The notes under the pieces: generated by a model | What the model saw: the letters and a program-made list of their open reading frames with translations, nothing else | What the model was told of the DNA's origin: nothing | The model's database searches: none | DNA from: Myxococcota bacterium | GTDB lineage: Bacteria; Myxococcota_A; SURF-8 | NCBI GenBank assembly: GCA_965140415.1 | Contig: OZ223209.1 | Span: 5,472,001 to 5,536,000 of the forward strand | Length of the DNA: 64,000 nucleotides | Direction of reading: 5' to 3' | Shown: piece after piece, positions 36,152-46,216 of the stretch | Layout of the letters: each line of letters opens with the position of its first letter | Numbering within the stretch: position 1 is the first letter of the stretch | Position numbers and translations under genes: made by a program

Positions 36152-36727
36152 ATGAATCGTACAAGTAAGGTGCTGGGTTTTGGATTGATTGCCGGACTGA
36201 TCGGCGGATTGCTTTTATTGGGTTGCGCACAACGCGAAGTGCGGCCACCGGCTCCGGCTGAGATGCCGGATTGGTGCACGATGACCTCCGGATTGGCAAC
36301 GGATGTCGATCGCGGGAAAGTGGTCGTCGGCGTGGGTTCCGTCAGCGGCATTAAAAGCCCAACCATGGCGCGCACCAACTCGGATGGCGCGGCACGCACC
36401 GAAATCGCCAAGCTGTTCAACACCTACGCGGAGAATATGCTGTCTGATTACAAAGACTTCACCGACGAGCAGGGCAACCGCACCACGGATGAGGAACTGA
36501 CCCAGGCCACGGCGATCTTCTCGAAAATGAACGTACGCCGGGCGCCCATCGAGGATCGCTACGTCGATGAGGAAACCAACACCTGGTATTCGATGGCGGT
36601 GCTGCCTTTCGATCAGTTTCTAACGCTTGTGCAAAGCAACGGAGAACTGAGCGACCGGCTGAAAGCTTTCTTTAGCAGCGAAGGCACCAAGGTTTGCAAG
36701 GAATTGCAGGCCCACGAACCGAAATAA
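36152..36727 (+). CDS. LPP20-like lipoprotein
   Basis: Lipobox LLGC, PDW, VGVGS..ARTNSDGAARTEIAK pattern. Confidence 0.7.
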   Translation: MNRTSKVLGFGLIAGLIGGLLLLGCAQREVRPPAPAEMPDWCTMTSGLATDVDRGKVVVGVGSVSGIKSPTMARTNSDGAARTEIAKLFNTYAENMLSDYKDFTDEQGNRTTDEELTQATAIFSKMNVRRAPIEDRYVDEETNTWYSMAVLPFDQFLTLVQSNGELSDRLKAFFSSEGTKVCKELQAHEPK

Positions 36728-36762
36728 GGCGAATCGAGAACATTCCAATCGTGGAGGTAGTG

Positions 36763-37380
36763 ATGCAACGATCCTGGAATTACATCCTGATGATCACCCT
36801 GTTGGCGATGCTGCTGGCCGTCGGTTGCGCCAGCGGGAAACGCGTCTCGCGCGTGGCAGCGGATAAGCAGGTGGACCTTTCCGGACGCTGGAACGATACC
36901 GACTCGCAGCAAGTCGGCACGGCCATCGTGACCGATTGTCTGAGCCAACCTTGGCTGGAAGTCTACAAATCCGAGCATAACGGCAAACGGCCCGTGGTGA
37001 TCGTCGGCACGGTCGTCAATAAAAGCCATGAGCACATCAACGTGGAAACCTTCATCAAGGATATCGAACGCGCCCTGATCAACTCGCAGAAAGTGCGTTT
37101 CGTTTCTTCGCGCAGCGAACGTGGCGAAATCCGCCAGGAACGCAGCGATCAGCACCAGGGCTACACCGACGAAAGCACCCGCGCGGGCGTGGGGCAGGAA
37201 GTCGGCGCAGACTTCATGCTCAAAGGCTCGCTAAACAGCATTCCCGATGAAATCGACAGCCACAAGGTGATGTACTATCAGACCGATTTGGAACTGCACA
37301 ACCTCACCACCAACGAAGTCGTCTGGATCGGCCAGCACAAAATCAAGAAGATCATCGACCGCGACAGCGTGCGGTGGTGA
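36763..37380 (+). CDS. Penicillin-binding protein activator LpoB-like lipoprotein
   Basis: Lipobox AVGC; DLSGRWNDTD, NKSHEHIN, GADFMLKG, YYQTDLEL..TNEVVW pattern. Confidence 0.8.
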   Translation: MQRSWNYILMITLLAMLLAVGCASGKRVSRVAADKQVDLSGRWNDTDSQQVGTAIVTDCLSQPWLEVYKSEHNGKRPVVIVGTVVNKSHEHINVETFIKDIERALINSQKVRFVSSRSERGEIRQERSDQHQGYTDESTRAGVGQEVGADFMLKGSLNSIPDEIDSHKVMYYQTDLELHNLTTNEVVWIGQHKIKKIIDRDSVRW

Positions 37381-37393
37381 CCTTAAGTTGTCC

Positions 37394-37694
37394 GTCGGAC
37401 AAAAAAATTGTTCGACCTACTCTGAGGCTGTTCATCGAGCAATCGAGGTGTGCCATGGTCTCACGGAATGGAAATTCCGGGAGGCCGTGTGTAACTTATT
37501 GAAGACACACAGTAACCGTAGGTCGGGCAGATTCTGCCCGACACAGATTGCTATTCATCATTAGCAATGTCTTTTTGTAGAATAGTAGGATGGGCATTTG
37601 TCATGCCCATCTTCAGAGTTATAACTCAGCGATGGAGCAGGATTTCATCCTGCTCCAAAACGTTACGCGCGGGGTACAATCCCGCTCGATCTTA
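37394..37694. repeat. Composite BIME-like array: GTAG-footed REP hairpins (37394-37420 minus, 37518-37542 plus, 37585-37611 plus), an 81-bp element and a 64-bp double hairpin
   Basis: Units recur at 57136-57216, 58551-58577, 41454-41478 and 61059-61122. Confidence 0.85.
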
Positions 37695-37713
37695 TTGACA
37701 GGAAGGAAACATC

Positions 37714-39210
37714 GTGTTTCGGAATCCGGCACATGCGCTGGCAACCGTCTTTTACGCCGGTTGTCTGGCCCTGCTGCTAGCTTCGTGCGCAACACACGCC
37801 GAATTGCGACGCGGCATGGTCGATCAGGTGCGAGCGGGAGAATACGAACGCGCACAAGGCCAACAGGAAAAGCTCGTAAAGGATTCCTCCAAAAAAGATC
37901 GCGTCATGGACCTGATGGATCGCGGCATGCTGCTGCATCTGCGTGGTGATTATGCAGCAAGCAATCGCGCATTGACGGCGGCGGCAGACGAAATCGACCG
38001 ATTGTTCGGGGTGTCGGTTTCCGATGAATTGGCGGCATTGGCCTGGAATGAAGCCTCGCGAGCGTTTGTCGGTGAGGAATTCGAGCGCATCATGGTGCAC
38101 TTAATCATGGCATTTAACTACTTGCACCTTAACAAGTTAGAAGACGCCGCCGTCGAGGCGCGTATCATCAACCAGAAATTACAGGTTTACACGGATCGAC
38201 TGGCTAAAAACAATGTCAAAACCGCCTACAAACAAGATCCATTCGCCCAGTTTCTTGCCGGGCTGATTCACGAAGCTTTCGGCGATTTGAACGCGGCTTT
38301 TCGCAGCTATGAAGACGCGTATCAGGGATATCTGACGTTGAAAAATGTAACCAACGTGACTCCGCCGAATTCGCTGACCGCGTCGTTATTACGCAGCGCG
38401 CGCTCGCTTGGATATGCCGAAGCAATCGAAAAATATGAACCATTATTCAGTAATCAGCCTTTATCCGAGCCGCAAGCATGGCAAAACAAGGGACGTTTGG
38501 TGGTCATCGCCGGGCTAGGTGAAGTAGCGCACAAGCGTTCGAAAAAATGGCGCATTCCCGATATTCAGGGCGATATCGTGGCGGTGACCTACCCGGAGTT
38601 CGAGCGCGGCAGCTTCTTCGCGAAAAAGGCGGAAGTGACCGTTTCCGGCGTCAGAACCGACATGACGCGCGCGCAGGACTTGAGTACACTGGCAATTCGC
38701 GAGTTAGACAGCAAAAACGCCCAGGTCAAAGGACGCGCCGTCGCCAAGGCGCTGGCCTCCTACGCGGTGAAAAAAGCGGCGAAAATCGCCTATTACAAGT
38801 CGGACAACCAAGCCGTCAAGGCCGTGTCTTTATTGGCGAATATCGCCATGAACGTCAAGGATTTCGTGGAGGAAGCAGACACCCGCAGCTGGATGACGCT
38901 ACCGGATCATTACCGCATTGCGGTGATTCCGGTTAAGCCGGGTTTACACAAGGTTACCGTCCACATCGAAGGCCATGGTGGACTGGTAGATACCCAGTCA
39001 TTTCAACTAGATATCCCATCCGGTGAAACGCGTTTTCTGGTCGTTCGCGGGCGCGAAGGGGCCAATCCGGACGATCCGGCGCAACCACTGCCGGAAACCG
39101 CCTCCAAAGGCAGGCGGGTCAGCAGTAGGTTGCGGCAGCCGGCAGCAGCATACCGGACAGAATATGACCTGCCTTGGGAAGCGAGGTATACATGCATAAG
39201 TTGCGAATAA
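37714..39210 (+). CDS. COG3014-like helical-repeat (TPR-like) lipoprotein
   Basis: Lipobox LASC; MDRGMLLHLRGDYAASNRAL, GEEFERIM, EDAAVEAR, EADTRSWMTLP. Confidence 0.75.
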   Translation: MFRNPAHALATVFYAGCLALLLASCATHAELRRGMVDQVRAGEYERAQGQQEKLVKDSSKKDRVMDLMDRGMLLHLRGDYAASNRALTAAADEIDRLFGVSVSDELAALAWNEASRAFVGEEFERIMVHLIMAFNYLHLNKLEDAAVEARIINQKLQVYTDRLAKNNVKTAYKQDPFAQFLAGLIHEAFGDLNAAFRSYEDAYQGYLTLKNVTNVTPPNSLTASLLRSARSLGYAEAIEKYEPLFSNQPLSEPQAWQNKGRLVVIAGLGEVAHKRSKKWRIPDIQGDIVAVTYPEFERGSFFAKKAEVTVSGVRTDMTRAQDLSTLAIRELDSKNAQVKGRAVAKALASYAVKKAAKIAYYKSDNQAVKAVSLLANIAMNVKDFVEEADTRSWMTLPDHYRIAVIPVKPGLHKVTVHIEGHGGLVDTQSFQLDIPSGETRFLVVRGREGANPDDPAQPLPETASKGRRVSSRLRQPAAAYRTEYDLPWEARYTCISCE

Positions 39211-40190
39211 CTCTGCTGTTATTTACCATGCTGGTCTGTTTCAGTTGCGCCCACGCACCCGAACGCCCGGAGTGGATCAGCGGTAAAATTCCGGCGAAAT
39301 ATCCCGATGCACGCTTCCTCAGTGCCACCGGGCAGGCGGGCGATGCGCAAACCGCCAAAGATCGAGCCCGACTGGAAATCGCCAAACAGATCCGAGTAAC
39401 GGTATCCCAGGATTATTCGGTCAATCGCCAGGAAAGTAGCTGGCTGGATCATACCAACATTCAGGATATCACCCGCACCAGCGTAAACGAGACACTGCAA
39501 GGCGTTGAAATCCGTGAACTTTTCGAAGATACCAACACCGGACAGGTGCATGCCCTGGCGGTCTTGGAACGCAAAGCAGCGGCGGTGCGACTTCAAAAAG
39601 AAGTGGTGGAACTGGATGGCGAATTGAAAACGCGCATGCGCATCGCCGGACAAGCAAACGACGCGCTGAAAAAACTTGGTCCGCTGCTTCAAGCGCGAGA
39701 TTTGATGCAACAACGAAACGTAAAAAACGATCAACTGGCGGTGATCAATATCAGCGGGCGAGGCGTTGACGCAGATACAAATCTGACTGAAATCGATGCG
39801 GAGCTGGATCGAACGCTGGCAGCGATCAAGGTCGTCGTTCAAGTCAACGGCGCGGATAGCGCTCGCATCACCCAGGCGATTGTACGCAGTTTGAACAATG
39901 GCCACTTGAACGTGCAGCAAAATGAAAGCGGTGCAAGCCTGGCCATACGCGGCGAAATTCGCGAAATTGCCACCGACAAAGCCAACCAGACCGAGTTCGT
40001 TTTCGCAAAAATGCGGGCGACGATCCACCTGGTCAATATGCAGGACGGTGCGACTTTCGCAACGATCGAACACGAACTGCGCGACGGAGCCAAGTCCTAT
40101 GCCGATGCGCGGAGAAAGGTGCTCGATCGCTTAAGCGAAGCCATCGTGTCCGATTTCAATACGCGCCTTTACCAATATCTAAGCCTGTAG
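39192..40190 (+). CDS. LPP20-like lipoprotein
   Basis: Lipobox CFSC; PEWI, YPDARFLSATG, AKDRARLEIAKQI. Confidence 0.7.
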   Translation: MHKLRITLLLFTMLVCFSCAHAPERPEWISGKIPAKYPDARFLSATGQAGDAQTAKDRARLEIAKQIRVTVSQDYSVNRQESSWLDHTNIQDITRTSVNETLQGVEIRELFEDTNTGQVHALAVLERKAAAVRLQKEVVELDGELKTRMRIAGQANDALKKLGPLLQARDLMQQRNVKNDQLAVINISGRGVDADTNLTEIDAELDRTLAAIKVVVQVNGADSARITQAIVRSLNNGHLNVQQNESGASLAIRGEIREIATDKANQTEFVFAKMRATIHLVNMQDGATFATIEHELRDGAKSYADARRKVLDRLSEAIVSDFNTRLYQYLSL

Positions 40191-40208
40191 CAGCACGGTT
40201 CAAGCATT

Positions 40209-41297
40209 ATGGTCCAACGACGTCACGACAACTTTCACTGGCCTCTTTTTCTAAGCGCCTTGGCGATTCTGGCAATCGGGCTGGTGAATCTGTTCAGCGC
40301 CACACACACGAGCCATCCCGGATATTTCTTTTCTCAATTGATCTGGGCCGTGGTGGCGATTCTGGCGGGAACGGTGATCTACGCCGTCGATTATCGCATT
40401 CACGAACGACTGGCCACCTTCCTGTTTATCGCAGGCGTCGTTTTATTGGTGCTGGTATTTCTCAACCGCCCTATCGGCGGCAGTCGACGTTGGGTGATTC
40501 TGGGACCGGCGCGCCTGCAACCTTCCGAATTGATGAAGGTGCTGCTTGCACTGATGCTGGCGAAATACTTCCACAACCGCCCGACCCCCGAACAGGGATA
40601 CACCATTTTCAACCTGCGCATGTTCTGGGTGATTCTGTTCGCCCCGGTATTGCTGGTCTTATTGGAACCGGATCTGGGTACGGCATTAATGCTGGGCTTT
40701 ATCGGTTTCACCATCCTGATGTTCGTCAAACTGCGCCCACGTACAATCCTGATCTTGCTGTTGATCGCCACCATTTCCATTCCAATCGCCTGGAATTTCG
40801 TTTTGAAGCCCTACCAGAAACAGCGCATCATGACTCTCTTCGATCCCGATTCCGACCCGCGCGGCACTGGCTATCACCGAAGACAGTCAATCATCGCGGT
40901 GGGTAGCGGACAGATGACCGGCAAGGGATTTCAAAACGGAACGCAAACGCAACTGCGCTTTCTACCCGAACAGCACACGGACTTCATTTTCTCCGTGTGG
41001 GCGGAGGAACAGGGCTTTGTAGGAAGTGCAGGATTACTGATACTCTACCTGATCATGATTATGTCAGGCATCCACATAGCCAGCAAGGCGCGGGAGAAAT
41101 TCGGGGCGATTCTCGCCGTGGGTGTGACCAGCATCATATTCTGGCAGGTGCTGGTGAACATCGGCATGGTGATCGGCGTACTGCCGGTGGTGGGTGTCAC
41201 GCTTCCCCTGATGAGCTACGGCGGAACATCCCTGGTCGTGAGCCTGATCTGCATCGGCGTATTGTTGAATATCTACGCGCGCAGGCGGCTGTTCTGA
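40209..41297 (+). CDS. rodA: Rod shape-determining SEDS glycosyltransferase RodA
   Basis: GSRRW, QPSELMK, EPDLGT, LKPYQKQRI, FLPEQHTDFIF, LPLMSYGG. Confidence 0.95.
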   Translation: MVQRRHDNFHWPLFLSALAILAIGLVNLFSATHTSHPGYFFSQLIWAVVAILAGTVIYAVDYRIHERLATFLFIAGVVLLVLVFLNRPIGGSRRWVILGPARLQPSELMKVLLALMLAKYFHNRPTPEQGYTIFNLRMFWVILFAPVLLVLLEPDLGTALMLGFIGFTILMFVKLRPRTILILLLIATISIPIAWNFVLKPYQKQRIMTLFDPDSDPRGTGYHRRQSIIAVGSGQMTGKGFQNGTQTQLRFLPEQHTDFIFSVWAEEQGFVGSAGLLILYLIMIMSGIHIASKAREKFGAILAVGVTSIIFWQVLVNIGMVIGVLPVVGVTLPLMSYGGTSLVVSLICIGVLLNIYARRRLF

Positions 41298-41334
41298 AGT
41301 GTTTTTGTCTACGAAACTTTTACGAATTGATTGA

Positions 41335-41480
41335 GTGGCATGGGCTAACCGCAGGTTGCCCATGTGCTGGAACAAGAACACGGGCAAGCTCTGTTTCACT
41401 CCGCTTGGCCACGTGCCACCCTTTTTCTGGGCCACCCGTCCTACTACTGAAAAGATGGGCATGACAAATGCCCATCCTTG
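41335..41480. repeat. REP-like hairpin cluster between convergent genes
   Basis: Inverted GTGG-footed doublet (41335-41367 plus, 41379-41420 minus), truncated GTAG REP, and GATGGGCAT..ATGCCCATC identical to 37589-37611. Confidence 0.8.
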
Positions 41481-41506
41481 TCTGTGTCTACTCCAATAGA
41501 TAATAC

Positions 41507-41818
41507 CTACGGTGCGGTGGTGAACTGCGAGGTCTGGACTTCCTCATCCGGGTTCATGGGATCAAAGATGCAGGATTGCACCTGATCCTCGAAATCGTCC
41601 ATGCATTCCTTGGCGATAATGCAATCCACGAACTCGCGCGAAAAGTTTTTCTTGGTGCATTGCGAATGGCAGAAATCCCACTCGACATCACTGACGGTCG
41701 AATCGCAGGCGCTGTAGGCATCGCATAAATCGCGGCATTGAAAGGGATCGTCCTCTATACCGCAGGCATAACAACCCGCCAGGCAAAGAACGAATACTGC
41801 GATTTTTTGAATGCACAT
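41507..41818 (-). CDS. Small Cys-rich secreted lipoprotein, unknown function
   Basis: GGGAGG RBS, hydrophobic signal with lipobox-like Cys, CxxxC repeats. Confidence 0.7.
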   Translation of the reverse strand: MCIQKIAVFVLCLAGCYACGIEDDPFQCRDLCDAYSACDSTVSDVEWDFCHSQCTKKNFSREFVDCIIAKECMDDFEDQVQSCIFDPMNPDEEVQTSQFTTAP

Positions 41819-42015
41819 GGTCCGCCTCCCGCAACGGTCATTCCGTGGACGACCCCTTGATAACACGCCAAAGCGCCAATCCCAACAGAATCACCGCGCC
41901 GCCACTGACCAGAGAGCGAGACAGCAAGGGCACTTGCCATTCACCGATTTCCAGAATCAGCCCGCCCACTAACGCTGCATAGGCCGAATATCGAAGCAGC
42001 AGCACCATTATTGGA

Positions 42016-43095
42016 TCAGAAACCTTCCGTCTTCATACCGAAGTCGGGGGTATAGTATTTCGAAAGCCCCAGTTCATCACGCATACGGGCGAGCCAGTCG
42101 CGCCGGATGGCGTAGGGCTGGAACATCGACTTGAATCCGTTCATGATAATCTTCTTCAGATCCAACATGCCGAATCCGAACGCCTGATTGGCCAGCAACA
42201 ACTCGTCGGTCACGGTGGTATTGGTGATCAAACGATTATCGGTGTTCAAGGTAACGCGCAAGCCCTTGCGGTAGTACATCGGCAGCGGATGCGCCTCGAT
42301 GGAAGGCACGGCCTTGGTTTGCACGTTCGATTTCAAGCAGACTTCCAGCGGAATGCGGTGATCGTTGACGTAGTTCATCAAGTCGCCGTTTTCGAACAGG
42401 CGCGTGCCGTGCCCGATCCGGTTAGCCTTGTTGTAATGAATGGCCTGGTGAATCGACTCCGCCCCGGCGGCTTCCCCGGCATGAACGGTAACGTTAATAT
42501 TGTTGTTCACGATCAGATAGGTGGATTTCAGGTGATCTTTGGGCGGATAGTTGTACTCGGCACCGGCCAGATCGAACCCCACCACACCGTCGTTTTTATA
42601 GCTCACCGCAAGCTGGGCCAGCTTGTAACTGATTTCATTACTCATATTGCGAATGCCGCAGATAATGACGGTACTCTCCACACCGAATTCTTCTTTACCC
42701 TGACGCAAGCCTTCCAGAACGGAATGGACCACGGTTTCCAGCGGCAGACCCTCACGCGTATGCAGTACCGGCGAGAAGCGAACTTCCATATAGCGTACAT
42801 TCTCCGCTGCCGCATCTTCGACCAGTTCGTAGGCCGCCCGGCGCAGTTTGCCGTCTCCCTGCAACACACGCAGGGTGATGTCGAAGGCTTCCAGGTATTC
42901 TTCCAAGGACTTGCAGTCCTGCCCGACGTGCATGGCCTGGGCCAGCCCCTCTTCGTCTTCGGCGGGCAACTCGATGCCGTCCTGCTGCGCCAGATCCAGA
43001 ATGGTGCCTAAGCGCATGGAGCCATCCAAATGGACGTGCAGATCGATCTTGGGCAATGCCAGGATCTCGTCTCGGGTGAGTTTCTCGAATTTCAT
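42016..43095 (-). CDS. add: Adenosine deaminase
   Basis: DLHVHLDGS, EVRFSP, GFDLAG, TVHAGE, RIGHG, NTDN. Confidence 0.93.
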   Translation of the reverse strand: MKFEKLTRDEILALPKIDLHVHLDGSMRLGTILDLAQQDGIELPAEDEEGLAQAMHVGQDCKSLEEYLEAFDITLRVLQGDGKLRRAAYELVEDAAAENVRYMEVRFSPVLHTREGLPLETVVHSVLEGLRQGKEEFGVESTVIICGIRNMSNEISYKLAQLAVSYKNDGVVGFDLAGAEYNYPPKDHLKSTYLIVNNNINVTVHAGEAAGAESIHQAIHYNKANRIGHGTRLFENGDLMNYVNDHRIPLEVCLKSNVQTKAVPSIEAHPLPMYYRKGLRVTLNTDNRLITNTTVTDELLLANQAFGFGMLDLKKIIMNGFKSMFQPYAIRRDWLARMRDELGLSKYYTPDFGMKTEGF

Positions 43096-43238
43096 ATGGC
43101 TTCTCACTTTTCTAAAAGTTGAATACATAACGACAGCCGCTACAGGCGACCATCGGGTTATTCACAACTAGTGTATCATATTTCGCAAGAAAGAAAAGCG
43201 GGAGTGAAAGATGCCATAAACAATGAAATGAAAACCCC

Positions 43239-45260
43239 TCAATGCAGCCGGGCGCTGTCGCTGTCCTGAAAGAGATCCTGCTTTTTCAGGTCCAGGATCA
43301 TATCGCGCAGCTTGGCGGCGCGTTCGAAATCCAGTTTCTTGGCGGCAGCGAGCATGTCGCGCTCCAACTTGCGGATTTCCTTCTTGCGCTGCGCCGCACC
43401 CATGCGCTTGGGCGCTTTTTCCTTGGGCACATCGCGCTGCACCAGATAATCCCGCTCGCCATAGATTCCATTTTGCTGGATGGCCTTGACGATGGTCTTG
43501 GGCGTAATGCCGTGCTCCCGATTGTAGGCCAGTTGCTTTTCGCGGCGTCGCTCGGTTTCCTCCATGGCACGTTTCATCGATTGGGTGATCTGATCCGCAT
43601 ATAGAATCACCTGCCCGTGCACGTTGCGCGCAGCACGACCCATGGTCTGGATCAGCGAGCGCGTCGAGCGCAGGAAACCTTCCTTGTCCGCATCCAGAAT
43701 GGCGACCAACGAAACTTCCGGGATATCCAGGCCCTCGCGCAGCAGGTTGATTCCCACCAGAATGTCAAACTCGCCCAGGCGCAGATCGCGGATAATCTGC
43801 ATGCGGGTGAGCGTGTCGATGTCCGAATGCATGTAGCGCACTTTAAGGCCCAGGTCCGAGTAATAATCGGTCAGTTCCTCGGCCATGCGTTTGGTGAGCG
43901 TCGTTACCAGCACGCGTTCTTTGCGCTCGACGCGCTGACGGATTTCCTCCAGCAGATCGTCTACCTGCTCGGAAGCGGGCTTGATAAGCACTTCCGGATC
44001 CACCAGGCCGGTGGGGCGAATGACCTGTTCCACGAACACACCCTGAGATTTCTCCAGTTCGAAATCGCCGGGAGTGGCGGAGACGTAAACCATCTGATTC
44101 GTGCGCTCGCCGAATTCCTCGAAAGTCAGAGGGCGGTTATCCTGCGCCGAAGGCAGGCGGAAACCGAACTCTACCAGCGTGTCTTTTCGCGACTTGTTGC
44201 CGCGATACATACCACCGACCTGCGGCAGGGTGACGTGGGATTCATCGACGAAGAGCAACCACTCCTTGGGGAAGAAGTCCAGCAGGCAGGGGGGCGGATC
44301 GCCGGGATTGCAACCGGTTAAATGGCGCGTATAGTTTTCGATGCCGTTGCAATAACCGACCTGCTCGATCATTTCGATGTCGAACATGGTGCGCTGCTCG
44401 ATCCGTTGCGCCTCCAGTAACTTGCCGTTTTTATTCAAGTATTGCAGGTGCTCGCGCAATTCATCCTGGATGGAGCGAACGGCGCGCTCGCGCACCTGTT
44501 CGGTGACGACGTAGTGGCTGGCCGGATAGATGGCAATCTTGGGCAGCCGTTGAATGACCTTGCCGCGTAACGGGTCGATTTCGCTGATGGACGTGACTTC
44601 ATCGCCCCAGAATTCGATGCGCACGGCGCGTTCGTTTTCATAAGCGGGCAGCACCTCGAGCACGTCGCCGCGCACGCGAAAAACACCGCGATGAAAATCC
44701 GTGTCGTTGCGTTCATATTGGATGTCGATCAGTTTGCGGATGACCTTGTCGCGCTCGATGCGGTCGCCCTCCTGCAAAAAAATCAGCAGACCCTGATAGG
44801 CTTCGGGCGATCCCAGACCGTAAATGCAGGACACGCTGGAAACGATCAACACATCATTGCGCTCCAAAAGCGACCGAGTCGCACTAAGGCGCATCTTGTC
44901 GATCTCGTCGTTGATCATCGACTCTTTATCGATGTAGGTGTCGGTGCTGGGGATATAGGCTTCCGGCTGGTAGTAGTCGTAATAACTAACGAAATACTCC
45001 ACCGCGTTATTCGGGAACAGTTCCTTGAATTCGTTGTAGAGCTGCCCGGCCAGGGTTTTGTTGTGCGCCAGAACCAGCGTAGGCCGGTTGATGGCCGCCA
45101 CGACATTGGCCATGGTAAAGGTCTTGCCGCTGCCGGTGACACCCAGCAATACCTGGTGCCGGTCGCCGCGCTGCACGCCCGCCACCAACTCCTCGATGGC
45201 CTGCGGCTGATCGCCGGTCGGTTGATAATCGGAATTCAATTCAAAGCGTTGTCGTATCAT
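43239..45260 (-). CDS. uvrB: Excinuclease ABC subunit B
   Basis: [26 protein letters not shown]-terminal UVR domain [11 protein letters not shown]. Confidence 0.99.
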   Translation of the reverse strand: MIRQRFELNSDYQPTGDQPQAIEELVAGVQRGDRHQVLLGVTGSGKTFTMANVVAAINRPTLVLAHNKTLAGQLYNEFKELFPNNAVEYFVSYYDYYQPEAYIPSTDTYIDKESMINDEIDKMRLSATRSLLERNDVLIVSSVSCIYGLGSPEAYQGLLIFLQEGDRIERDKVIRKLIDIQYERNDTDFHRGVFRVRGDVLEVLPAYENERAVRIEFWGDEVTSISEIDPLRGKVIQRLPKIAIYPASHYVVTEQVRERAVRSIQDELREHLQYLNKNGKLLEAQRIEQRTMFDIEMIEQVGYCNGIENYTRHLTGCNPGDPPPCLLDFFPKEWLLFVDESHVTLPQVGGMYRGNKSRKDTLVEFGFRLPSAQDNRPLTFEEFGERTNQMVYVSATPGDFELEKSQGVFVEQVIRPTGLVDPEVLIKPASEQVDDLLEEIRQRVERKERVLVTTLTKRMAEELTDYYSDLGLKVRYMHSDIDTLTRMQIIRDLRLGEFDILVGINLLREGLDIPEVSLVAILDADKEGFLRSTRSLIQTMGRAARNVHGQVILYADQITQSMKRAMEETERRREKQLAYNREHGITPKTIVKAIQQNGIYGERDYLVQRDVPKEKAPKRMGAAQRKKEIRKLERDMLAAAKKLDFERAAKLRDMILDLKKQDLFQDSDSARLH

Positions 45261-45290
45261 GGGGGTACATCCTTGCTTTACAAAACGGAG

Positions 45291-46049
45291 CTAGCGAGCG
45301 CCGCGCCGGTTGATCAGCCCCGCCGCCACCGCTGCGCCGAAACCGTTATCGATGTTGACGACGGTGACGCCCGGCGCACAGGAAGTCAGCATGCCCAAGA
45401 GCGCCGCCAGACCGCCAAAGCTGGCTCCATAACCGATGCTGGTGGGCACCGCAACGACCGGGCAGGCCACGACGCCGCCGATAATCGAAGCCAGTGCGCC
45501 TTCCATTCCGGCGGCAACCACGATTGCGCGCGCATCACGCAACAAAGTGAGCTTGTCGAACAGGCGATGAACGCCTGCCACGCCGACATCGTAGACACGC
45601 TCCACACGCTCGCCCATCATCTCCAGCGTAATGGCGGCTTCCTCCGCCACAGGCAGATCGCTGGTTCCGGCGGTCACAACCGCCACCAGTCCGCGTCCGC
45701 GCCCTGAGCGCTTGCGTGCAAACTTGTAGACGGTGCGCGAAAGCGGATCATGCGTGCTTCCGGCGACCGCCTGCGCCACGGCTTGACCTTTCTCGGCATC
45801 CACGCGCGTGACGAGTAACGGCATCTCGCGCTTTAAGATGTTGTTTGAAATGTCGATAATCTGCTCGGCACTCTTGCCCTCGCCGTAAACCACCTCAGGC
45901 ACTCCGGTGCGCAATAGCCGGTGATGATCCACCGTAGCGTGTTCGGTTGCTTCATAGGGTAGCCGACTGAGCTGCTCCATGGCATCCGTGGTGTTCAGCT
46001 TGCCATTGGCGACCTGTTGCAAAAGCTGTTTCAGTCGTTTCGGGTCCAT
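45291..46049 (-). CDS. larB: Nickel pincer cofactor biosynthesis protein LarB (AIR carboxylase-like)
   Basis: [47 protein letters not shown]. Confidence 0.93.
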   Translation of the reverse strand: MDPKRLKQLLQQVANGKLNTTDAMEQLSRLPYEATEHATVDHHRLLRTGVPEVVYGEGKSAEQIIDISNNILKREMPLLVTRVDAEKGQAVAQAVAGSTHDPLSRTVYKFARKRSGRGRGLVAVVTAGTSDLPVAEEAAITLEMMGERVERVYDVGVAGVHRLFDKLTLLRDARAIVVAAGMEGALASIIGGVVACPVVAVPTSIGYGASFGGLAALLGMLTSCAPGVTVVNIDNGFGAAVAAGLINRRGAR

Positions 46050-46075
46050 CGGTCTCCTACAGGGCTAAAATGGAT

Positions 46076-46141
46076 GTCGGGCGATTGCTCGCCCGACCAC
46101 GAAGACAAAAGTCAGGAGCAGGACAGGAACCCTGCTCCAAC
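46076..46141 (-). repeat. REP-like double hairpin between lon and larB
   Basis: GTCGGGCGA-GCAA-TCGCCCGAC and GGAGCAGG..CCTGCTCC; homologous to 34730-34778. Confidence 0.8.
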
Positions 46142-46216
46142 GTGAACGCGATGTCATTTTGTAACGGCGGGCTTACGCCTCGCCGCTACGGAAATCAAGA
46201 AATCAAAAATAAGCGC

